Origin: Toensbergia leucococca | Lineage: Eukaryota | Direction: 5' to 3' | Length of the DNA: 20,000 nucleotides | Assembly: GCA_022813965.1 (NCBI GenBank) | Contig: JALDZS010000114.1 | Coordinates: forward strand, 55,406-75,405 | Part shown: positions 1 through 9,048 of the stretch, in pieces | Layout of the letters: the number at the start of each line of letters is the position of its first letter | How positions within the stretch are numbered: position 1 is the first letter of the stretch | Made by a program: the position numbers and the translations under genes | The notes under the pieces: model-generated | What the model saw: only the letters and a program-made list of their open reading frames with translations | The model's database searches: none | What the model was told of the DNA's origin: nothing

Positions 1-3000
1 GAAGGAACATCGAAATCATTGCATAGTCACTCTAAATTTCCAAGGCCGATGAGAAGAGGATTCAGCTCCGAAAATTCGAGCGGGAAAGAATCGGACAAGG
101 CTCGTAACGGGTCAGCAGCGCACGAATCTTTGTGGAGTCTGGATACGGATCTCACTCGCATGGAAGGCATCGTTAGCTCACCTCCTTTACTACTGCCAAC
201 TCAAGGAGGAATATTCACTGGATCGTCTATCGCCGAAGAAGTCTCAAAGGAGCCAAAGGACACAGATCGTAGAGACGAGCCAGGAGCGTGGGATGCACCA
301 GATTCTTGGGCTGTGAAGAAAGTTGGCGATGAAAATATGGGACGGTTACGGGAAATTGATGACGCAGGCGTCCCCTCAAGAGCTGAGGATGACGGCACAC
401 CTCATTGTGTTCGTGTCTTTCGGATTGACTTCACGTTTGCAACAATATCTACCAACATCAACAGCACAGTTGCTGAGATTCTCGAGATTCTTGGCAAAAA
501 GTCATTCTTGCAAGATGAGCTGGATAATTACCAGATTATCATGCGAAAGCATGATCTGCAGAGGCAATTGGCGTCTGGGGAAAGACCAGTGGCAATTCAG
601 AAGCGCCTCCTTGAGCAGGCTGGGTACAATACGACCGATCGGATCGAGGAGATCGGAAGAGAAGACAATAGCTACCTGTGCCGCTTCACCTTCGTACCTA
701 CAAAGCTTAGCGGCTACTATAGCTTAGAGAAAGAACCTGGATTTGGAAAGGCACAGAAGTTCAGCCATGTCGACCTTTCAGGTCGAAGCCTCATCACAAT
801 ACCAATCACTTTGTATAAGAAAGCTACTGAAATCATCTCACTCAACCTTTCCCGCAACCTTTCGCTGGACATTCCGAAAGACTTTATCCAGGGCTGCATA
901 AATCTCAGAGAGATCAAGTACATCAGCAACGAGGCTTACCAGCTTCCACTCAGCCTTAGCCTTGCCACAAGATTGACAGTCCTCGATATTTCTAACAATC
1001 GCCTGGAGCAACTTGAACATGCTGAGCTAGATAAATTACATAGTTTGGTGAGTATAAAGATGTCTAACAATAAGCTAACGCATCTTCCTCCTTCATTTGG
1101 CCAATTCAGTTCTCTACGAAGCCTCAATATTTCTTCGAACTATTTGACGGCGTTTCCAGACTTTTTGTGTGAACTGAAGGCCATTGTTGACTTGGATATC
1201 AGCTTCAACTCGATCTCTGCCTTGCCGAATATCGGCCAACTCACAAGCCTTGAAAGGCTTTGGGCTACCAATAACTCGCTTGTGGGATCCTTTTCACCCA
1301 ATTTCAAAGACCTCTGTAACCTGAAAGAAATTGATCTCCGTTTCAACGGTCTGACAAGCATCGACGTTATCTCGCAGTTGCCTCGACTTGAGCAATTGAT
1401 GATTGGACATAACGCGATATCAGTCTTTGAAGGAACATTTGCTAAGGTCCGCATCCTTCACCTTGATCACAACCCAATCACACGGTTCGACCTGAAACCG
1501 GCAGTCCCAACCCTGACGTCGCTCAATATTGCCTCAGCAAAGCTTGCACAACTGGATGACGCACTTTTTGAAAATACCCCAAATTTGGCCAAGTTCAACA
1601 TAGACAAGAATCACTTTGTTAATCTCTCATCGGAAATCGGCAAGCTTCGAAAATTGGAGTATCTGAGCATTGCCAAAAACCCTCTTAGCAGCCTACCATC
1701 GACGATTGGCTGTCTTCAAGAGCTACGTTTCCTCGATGTGCGTGAATGCAATCTCAAAAGGCTGCCAGTTGAGATATGGTGCTGCTTTCGTCTAGATACT
1801 CTGAATATCTCGTCTAATGTTTTGGAGAGTTTTCCGAAACCTGCGATTCTATCACAGGTGCAGCAATCCGAGGTCCAGCCCAATGGGACATCCGTCTCTG
1901 TCGCATCGAGCCCGAATTTTGAAGAGCTTGGCAAGCTTGAAGATTTCGGGCAACGAAGACCAAGTCAAGCTTCCACGGGTATTATGAGTATGGGCAGCTC
2001 GCCCATAGGGTCAACGAGGAAAGGATCCATCGTTTCAATATATGGGCCGGGAGGGAGAAAAGCATCGGCTATTCCTCCGAGGACACCTGGAGAGGCCATT
2101 GCTATCCCGAGCACTCGTAAAGACTCCAATAATATGCAGCAGCGACTGGCCACCACCTTCGCCGGCTCTCTTCGGCATCTGTATCTAGCAGACAATAGGC
2201 TTAACGACGAAGTCTTTGATGAGATTACCCTACTTCCAGAACTTCGACTTCTGAATCTTTCTTATAATGAGTTGTACGACATACCTCCGCGTTCCCTGCG
2301 GCGTTGGCAATTCTTGAGCGAACTTTATCTTTCTGGAAATGAGTTGACAAGCCTTCCGTCCGATGATTTGGAAGAGATCACCGCACTCAAGGTGCTCCAC
2401 ATCAACGGCAATAGATTTCAAGTCCTACCAGCGGAACTTAGAAAGGTCCAAAAGCTTGCGATCCTCGATGTTGGCAGTAACGCGTTGAAATACAATGTCT
2501 CGAATTGGCCCTACGACTGGAATTGGAACTGGAACAGGAATCTTAAGTATCTCAACTTTTCTGGTAACAAGCGCCTTGAAATCAAACCGAACATTTCATT
2601 TGCCAATAGCAACAGTAGAGATGATGCAGACCTTACTAATTTTTCCACACTTCATCATCTACGGGTACTTGGACTTATGGACGTGACGCTTACGATACCA
2701 TCGGTACCTGAGCAAACAGAAGATCGTAGAGTGAGAACCTCGGGCTCGTTAGCTGGTTCCATGCCATATGGTATGGCTGATAGCTTGGGGAGACATGAAC
2801 ACCTGTCTATCATCGACATGGTAGATCCCAGGTTTAGAGGGCACGAGTCGGAAACTCTGCTAGGTATGTTCGATGGTCAAGCTTTGTCAAGCGGAGGCTC
2901 GAAGATCGCAAAGTTTCTTCACGAAAATTTTCGCTATCATTTTACCGAGGAGCTGAGCAAGCTTAGGCCTCAAGACGAGTCGCCTTCCGATGCATTGCGA

Positions 3001-4973
3001 AGAACTTTCTTGGCCCTGAATAAAGATCTAGCGACTGCTGCAAGCCAATCGATGGACGAAAGGGAGCACCGTATTCCTCAACTGTCACATCGAGGGTCTG
3101 CCACAGCGCAAACATTGAGTGCGGATGACCTCAACTCAGGAGGCGTAGCGACAGTGATGTTCCTTGACAACATGGAGCTGTACGTTGCAAATGTTGGAGA
3201 TGCAGAAGCCATGCTCATGCATTCCGACGGTGGCTTCAAGATACTGACCCGCAAGCACAACCCTGCAGATTCCCGAGAACGAGAACGAATTCGTGATGCT
3301 GGAGGTTATGTGTCACGCCATGGAAAGTTGAACGACGTGCTTGATGTCTCTCGCGCTTTTGGTTACATTCAGATGATGCCAGCTATCATGGCTGCGCCAA
3401 ACCTTACTCAGATTACCCTTAAAGAGCAGGATGAAATGATCTTGATAGCGTCGAGAGAGCTTTGGGATTACCTCACGCCTGACGTTGTCGTTGATGTAGC
3501 TCGATCCGAACGAGGAGACCTTATGAGGGCCGCTCAGAAGCTGCGTGACCTAGCTATGGCATTCGGTGCGACTGGCAAGATCATGGTCATGATGATTGGC
3601 GTTAGTGAGCTCAAGAAGCGTGAACGCAATCGTTACCGGGGGCAGAGCCTTTCGATGGGCCCGTCTCAGAACCAGGATGATCAGATCTTCGCTACCAGAC
3701 GTGGGAAACGACCCCGTGACGGGCCTGATGATTCTGTACTCAACAGGCTGGACCCAGAAGTAGAGGCTCCTACCGGTGAAATCGCCATTGTCTTTACGGA
3801 TATTCAGAGTTCTACTCTTCTGTGGGAATCATATCAGGTGGCGATGAGGACTGCCATCAAGCTGCATAACAGTGTGATGAGAAGACAATTGCGGATCATC
3901 GGCGGATATGAAGTAAAGACTGAAGGCGATGCTTTCATGGTGTCTTTCCCCACTGCAACGTCAGCACTTCTATGGTGCTTTTCAGTCCAAAGTCATCTCC
4001 TGGATGCATCATGGCCTAGAGAGATTCTAAATAGCTCTCACTGCCAGGAAGTACTTGACTCGGATCAGAACATCATATATCGTGGCTTATCGGTTCGGAT
4101 GGGTATTCATTGGGGGAGCCCGGTGTGTGAACCGGATCCTGTAACAAGACGCATGGACTACTTTGGCCCGGTAATCAATCGAGCAGCTCGGATTAATGCA
4201 GTCGCTGACGGTGGCCAAATTGCCGTATCAACTGACTTCATTGGCGAAATCCACCGAACCCTGGAGACTTATGCAGACACGGACCGGTCTGGTTCTACAG
4301 GGTCAGAGGATACAATTGACGACGACATCATGGGTCAGGCCATTCGAGGGGACCTAAGAAAATTGATGATTCAGGGCTTCGAAGTCAAGGATCTTGGTGA
4401 ACGAAAACTGAAGGGGCTAGAGAATCCCGAAATCATCTATTCGATGTACCCTCACTCGCTTGCAGGACGACTGATTGCGCAACAACAGCGATCCGATGCC
4501 GAAGCTGCAGCCGCGATTATCGATCCTGCTAGCATGTCCAAGGACAGTCAGCTGAACATAGATGAGCGGGTGTGGGACTTGTGGAACGTTAGTCTGAGAT
4601 TAGAGATGCTTTGCAGTGCACTCGAGAGTCCTGGGCCAACCAGCTTGAAAGAACCGGAGAAGGCCATGTTGGAGCGAATGAAGAATCGGGGTGGAGAGGT
4701 GACAGATCGCTTCCTTGTCAATTTTGTAGAACACCAGGTCACCCGAATCGAGGTATGGTAGTCCGATTCGATCTTGGATATTCCAAGCTAATTAATGAGC
4801 AGGCCTGTATTTCGACACTCGCAGTACGGCACATGGTTCACCCGTTCTCAACCGGGCGTAACATTCTACTTCAGGCAGCCCCAATGGAAGACATATTACG
4901 AGAATTATCTACGCAGTTGGCCGAATTGAGAGCTTTCAAACAGCAAGAAGGTCCAGTCCAGGCCCCGGCGTAA
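1..4973 (+). CDS. cyr1: Fungal class III adenylate cyclase, 5'-partial; exons <1..4752 and 4803..4973
   Basis: Frame is open from base 1, so the gene begins upstream and the TTG at 19 is not the start. Domain order is typical of fungal AC: Ras-association domain (~400-700), two LRR blocks (~760-1835, ~2170-2680) with the WPYDWNWNWN motif, PP2C-like domain (~2760-3610) and catalytic domain (~3770-4460: VFTDIQSST, GGYEVKTEGDAFMV, DYFGPVINRAARI). A 50-nt intron joins ...TRIE to ACISTLAVRHM...QAPA, stop TAA 4971-4973. Confidence 0.97.
4753..4802 (+). other. Spliceosomal intron (50 nt, phase 0), last intron of adenylate cyclase
   Basis: Donor GAG|GTATGG at 4753, branch GCTAAT 4787-4792, acceptor CAG 4800-4802. 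Removal links ORF 19..4761 in frame to the 3' part of ORF 4611..4973. Confidence 0.9.
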
Positions 4974-5448
4974 AGGTATCTAGGTTTGTGTAGGCGCAAG
5001 GTGGCTACGAGTCAACTTTGCTCGATTGAAGGATTTTTGTGGGAGCGGGCGGCGCCTTGAATGGGCTGTTGGAGGATTTTTGGGTTTGGGTTGGGCTGCA
5101 AGGAGTCCCGGTGATTCTGGAGGGTTCTTGGTTTGAATGTTTGTATTGGATTGGCGTGCCTGGCAGGCATTGATGCTTCATATTGGAAATGGAATCTGCA
5201 TAACTTGGGTTTGTTGGTCAATAGGGAATATCATTTTTAACCAGAGTCATACTATCATCGTCCCCACAACCATACTTTACCCAGAAGTTCTCATAAACAT
5301 GAGCACGAGTACTTGGTAGTTGCTAAGTATCGAAACTAGGGACTCGTAGATAATATACGGAGTATATCACAGCCACTTCAGCCTAACACGAGGCTCACCC
5401 TTTGTCCTCGCCCCTCTGACCCATCTCCACATTAACACATCTTCCGTT

Positions 5449-5466
5449 CCTTTTCCTTTTCCTTTT
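5449..5466 (+). promoter_or_regulatory. (CCTTTT)3 pyrimidine tract, probable CT-rich core-promoter/5'UTR element of the downstream gene
   Basis: Three perfect CCTTTT units within a C/T-rich stretch ~170 nt upstream of ATG 5637. CT boxes are common near transcription starts in filamentous fungi. Confidence 0.45.
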
Positions 5467-5636
5467 CGTCATCGAAAAGAATTACAATTCGCAAAACGCT
5501 GGACTTTGAGCGCTACTTTGCTGTTGCGCAAACGATTCCCGAAACCCTCACTTCCCAAGTCCTCTTCTGCGACCTCCCCAACACTCGCCGGCAGTATCTA
5601 TTTAGCATTGGCGTCCGCACATTTAAAGCTCCGAAT

Positions 5637-6530
5637 ATGCCAGCTATGATACTGTGGCACCGCGACTCCATCTCCAATGTCGAAGGTACTTTCTCCAGCT
5701 GGGACAGCTGTATGGCAAAGACTTACTGCAAGTATGCGCCCCGTTCCCCCCTCCCCCCCCCAAACCCTAGACTCACCTCCTTCCCTCCCAGATGGCCCGT
5801 CATAATCGCCATCATCGTCGGCTCCGTCATCACCCTTTCCGTTATCTGGTGCCTAGCCCGCTGCCTCTGCTGCGGCCTCTCCTGCTGCTGCGACTGCCTC
5901 TCCTGCTGCAACCCACGCCGCAACAAATCCTCCCGCTACGCAGACCAACAACCCTCCATCTTCCACCCAGCCCCCTATCAAGGCTACCAGCAGGCCCCCA
6001 ACCCACCCAGCTACGAGCCGCCCCGCTTCGCGCAATTCGACGTCAGCAGAAACGGGAAGCCCGCGAACGAGGACGCCCTACCCCCGATGCCGAGCTGGGA
6101 CTCGGCAAGCCAGAGGCGAGTACCCGACGGACACGACGGTGACGAGGACGTGGAAATGGGCCCGCTGGCCCCGGTGCGTGGCCCAAATGATGCGCCGAAT
6201 GAAGCGGCGCTGGAGCCGAGGATGGGCTATGCGGAGGCGGATTCGTATCCGGTGGACACGCATGCGTATGGCCGGCAGGAAACTCCCAATGTGTACGGAG
6301 GCCAAACCTACGCCACCCGCATGCCGGCGCCGTCGATGAGTCCTGCGGGCTATGGCGCGTCGATGCAGCAGCAGCAGCAGCTCGGGGGCCCGCAGTCGTA
6401 TTCTACGTACGCGCCGTCAGAGAGTACGAGGTATGAGCCTTCGGGGTATGAGCAGCCGTTTGCGTATCATGCGAGGTCGCCGCCGCCGGTGGGGAGGAAA
6501 CCGGTACAGGATTCCTGGAGGGATGTTTGA
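5637..6530 (+). CDS. 'Fibroin-3-related' fungal single-pass membrane protein of unknown function; exons 5637..5731 and 5792..6530 (~277 aa)
   Basis: The spliced product reads FSSWDSCMAKTYCKWPVIIAIIVGSVITLSVIWCLARCLCCGLSCCCDCLSCC: short N-terminal segment, one hydrophobic helix, then a Cys cluster. This is followed by a Pro/Tyr/Gln-rich tail with FAQFD, EDALPPMPSW and C-terminal RKPVQDSWRDV motifs, which I recognise from this conserved Pezizomycotina family. Confidence 0.85.
   Translation: MPAMILWHRDSISNVEGTFSSWDSCMAKTYCKYAPRSPLPPPNPRLTSFPPRWPVIIAIIVGSVITLSVIWCLARCLCCGLSCCCDCLSCCNPRRNKSSRYADQQPSIFHPAPYQGYQQAPNPPSYEPPRFAQFDVSRNGKPANEDALPPMPSWDSASQRRVPDGHDGDEDVEMGPLAPVRGPNDAPNEAALEPRMGYAEADSYPVDTHAYGRQETPNVYGGQTYATRMPAPSMSPAGYGASMQQQQQLGGPQSYSTYAPSESTRYEPSGYEQPFAYHARSPPPVGRKPVQDSWRDV
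5732..5791 (+). other. Spliceosomal intron (60 nt, in-frame, stop-free)
   Basis: Donor AA|GTATGC at 5732, C-rich body, branch-like ACTCAC 5771-5776, acceptor CAG 5789-5791. Removal deletes the low-complexity YAPRSPLPPPNPRLTSFPPR and restores the family motif YCKWP. Confidence 0.88.
6366..6380 (+). repeat. (CAG)5 coding microsatellite, poly-Q5
   Basis: cagcagcagcagcag in frame in the tail of the fibroin-3-related gene. Confidence 0.9.
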
Positions 6531-6900
6531 GGGGGGTTTCTTTGAGGGGGAGGGTATTGGCGTTTGGGGGAAAAGGTGGGGAATGGGATGCAGATGGGGC
6601 TATATTTTGAAGTCTTGGGGATTGTGATTAGGGCTATCTACTTGTTTTGGGAAGCGCGTTCCTAGGTGAAGAAAAGTCTGGAGTACATGGGGTCTTTTTG
6701 TTTCGTCACGAGATGATCTTCTTGGATAGATTATTCTCTCTTGTCTCTTTACTTTTTGGGCAAGTCGAGCTGGATCTCAAAGCTATTGTAGGAGATACCC
6801 GTCGGCCTATGTCGACATCTACAACCAGCTCAAAAAGTAAAGTTCTTACCATGTTCCACAGACTAGTGCAACCCTTCCGTCCCGAGACTCAATTCGAATC

Positions 6901-8811
6901 CTACGGCATCTCTTCCTCGAGCGAGAAATCAAACGCTTTGAACGCCTTCTTGAACGCCTCCGCGTCCGCCGCCTCCTCCGCCTGCGACTGCATGCAATCC
7001 TTCCACTGCATACGCGCCTCCAGCTCGAGCAACTTGGCCATGACCCTTCGCCCAAACTGCAGATCGAATCGAAAATGATTTGAAAGAGGCAAAATGAGCG
7101 ATTTATCCTTACCGGGATGGTTCTCTTCCTCGTCCGCGCCGTTGTTCGGCAAAGCAGCCTTGATGTCATCATCATCGTCTTCTCCAGGCCGCCAGATCCA
7201 AACGCGGAAATAGTCTGAATTCTCAGCGAAGCCGTCGCCGATTTCTTTGGCTTGAAAGAGGGGGTATTTTTCGTTCTCGGCTTCGACTTTGAAGGCGGCT
7301 TCGACGAGGCCTTGTTTTATTAGCGAGGTTGGCACGGGTAGGAATTGCCAGTGAATGTGGATGCCGGTGGCGCGGCTGACTTCCCAGGTCACGGCGCCGA
7401 GGGAGCGTCTGGGGGTAGAGTGGAGGAGCATGGTTTGGAGTGCGGTGCGGTACCGAGTCATTTCTTTGTAGGTGGCTGTGCGGGTTTCCGGGGTCGGGAT
7501 GGTGGCGAAGGTTGAGGAGTGGGCTAGGGGTATTATGAGGATGTGGTTAGGGAAGGGGAGAGGGGGAAAGGTGGAGGCGGTGCTGAGGGGGCCTTTGGCG
7601 GTTGTGAGGTAGGCGTCATCTGCGATGGAGGTGATGAGGTGCGTTGCTAGGTTGGGGCTTGAGAGGCAAAAGTAGCATTCTGAGGGAGTGGGGGGTGGGT
7701 GGCGGGACCGTTTGAAGGGGTGGTGGTAGGGATCGGTACTGGAGAAGCGCGAGTAGGTGTGCTCTTGGTTGGAGTGGCGCGGACGTTTTTTTCTGGAGTT
7801 CGTGAGGCTGATGGGGGGAAGAGTTACGCCTGTGGGAAGGGTGAGAGGAGCAGAGGCTTGAGGGTCAAGAGAAAAGGCGTAAAGCCATTTTTGTTTGGCT
7901 GGGTTGGCGAAGGCGGCTAGGCTGATGAAGCGCGTGATATCACGGACTGCGGAGTCGTCTTCTTGTCTTCTAGGGTGAAAAAATGGCTCTCTTTCGTAAA
8001 AGACATTTTCTGATATACTGAAATGGTAGCGTGGGTGTAGAGCGGCGCAGAGGTCGGCGACGTACTGCTCTCCATCTGGGCTCTGGGCCTCATCTGGAAA
8101 TGCGATGCAAGAATTGTCGCGGATAGACAATGGCCAGCTGCTGGTGATGAGAATATCTGCAGAGTTGGCGCCTCGGAGTGCTTTGACGTCTTCCTCGGTG
8201 TGGAGGGGGAGATATTTTGACTCGGACTTATCGCTTGGATTTAACAAGTCTGCAGTGTCGAGAGTGCCTCCTAAAGCTACGATGCGCAGTCCTTCAGAAG
8301 TCTTGGTGATTGATCTTTTGCCAAGAAAATACAGGTTCGGACACACTTCGTCACTTGATGCTTCTAGGTGATCGATGATCTGCTGGGGAAGAGCATACTT
8401 CCCTAGGGTGAAGTAGGTTGGTAGTGGGACGGTGATGGCCCCTCTGAGAAGAGATGAGAGGTCCTCTTCCGAGTCCGGAGAGGATTTAGAGGGGTCTTCG
8501 AAGAGGTCTCCTAGTATTATAGCAAGGGAAAAGCTGTTCTTAGAGTGTAGTTTTGTTAGTTTATCGAAGACGGGTGGAAATTGTCCTGAGATGGCTCCGA
8601 TGACGACTCTGGAGTACTATTATTAGATTTCTGGGGAATAATGAAAACACAGTATAGAAAACGGATATTTTTTTCTTATGAGGTTCAGGAAGGAACTTAT
8701 GAATACTAGTGAGCAATGTGGTGAGAGTGAGATGCTGAACTATAAAGGAATGCATCTTGAGCGTGTAAGTATTGAGACACGACAGACAAGTACTCACATT
8801 TTGGAAGCCAT
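6901..8811 (-). CDS. CwfJ-domain protein, CWF19L1/Drn1-like (N-terminal metallophosphoesterase-like domain plus CwfJ C-terminal HIT-like domains); exons 8811..8798 and 8608..6901 (~573 aa)
   Basis: A 14-nt first exon ATGGCTTCCAAAAT splices to give MASKIVVIGAISGQFPPVFDKLTKLHSKNSFSLAIILGDLF. The frame stays open into ORF 6901..8346, which has ADILITSSWP, PRYHFS..FYEREPF, CYFCLS (7666-7677), HIHWQ (7345-7359) and FDLQFGRRVMA. Confidence 0.9.
8609..8797 (-). other. Spliceosomal intron 1 of the CwfJ gene (189 nt, phase 2)
   Basis: Minus strand: donor AT|GTGAGTA at 8797, branch CTAAT (plus 8622-8626), acceptor CTCCAG ending at 8609. The junction gives an ATA (Ile) codon and the correct frame. Confidence 0.87.
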
Positions 8812-9048
8812 CTTTGAGACTGTCAATCAACCCGGGCCAAACAGCCATGTCACTCTTGTGGTTGTGACGTCCATCTTTGCGAACAGGAGGATAAGTTGCT
8901 GGATCGGGAATGGTTGTGGCTGATGACGCTAGGCACATCCGGTACATAGTATATCCGTGCCGGAATGTAATAAATTTCTGTAACCGAGACTAAATTTTTA
9001 AAAAAGTGCTCAGGATCCCAGAGCTTGGAAATTGAACAGGTGGCTAAG
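8812..9048. promoter_or_regulatory. Compact divergent (bidirectional) promoter region, CwfJ / UTP20
   Basis: Only 237 bp lie between the two head-to-head start codons. It contains an AT tract TAAATTTTTAAAAAA (8991-9005) and an imperfect inverted repeat (8935-8968). Confidence 0.7.

Noticed and set aside
2760..3610. Degenerate PP2C motifs (FDGQ, ASRELWD) in adenylate cyclase
   Set aside because: This is a normal feature of the fungal cyclase PP2C-like domain, not pseudogenisation or novelty.
4974..5636. Short intergenic ORFs 5012..5221 and 5137..5319
   Set aside because: No recognisable motif, and the composition looks like G/T-rich 3'UTR and promoter DNA.
6352..7175. Overlapping ORFs 6352..6627, 6647..7078 and 6846..7175
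   Set aside because: These are shadow or antisense frames of GC-rich real genes with low-complexity translations.
8609..8797. Stwintron (nested intron) explanation for the long CwfJ intron, also tested for CUL3 intron 1
   Set aside because: Removing candidate internal introns does not reconstitute a canonical external donor or acceptor.
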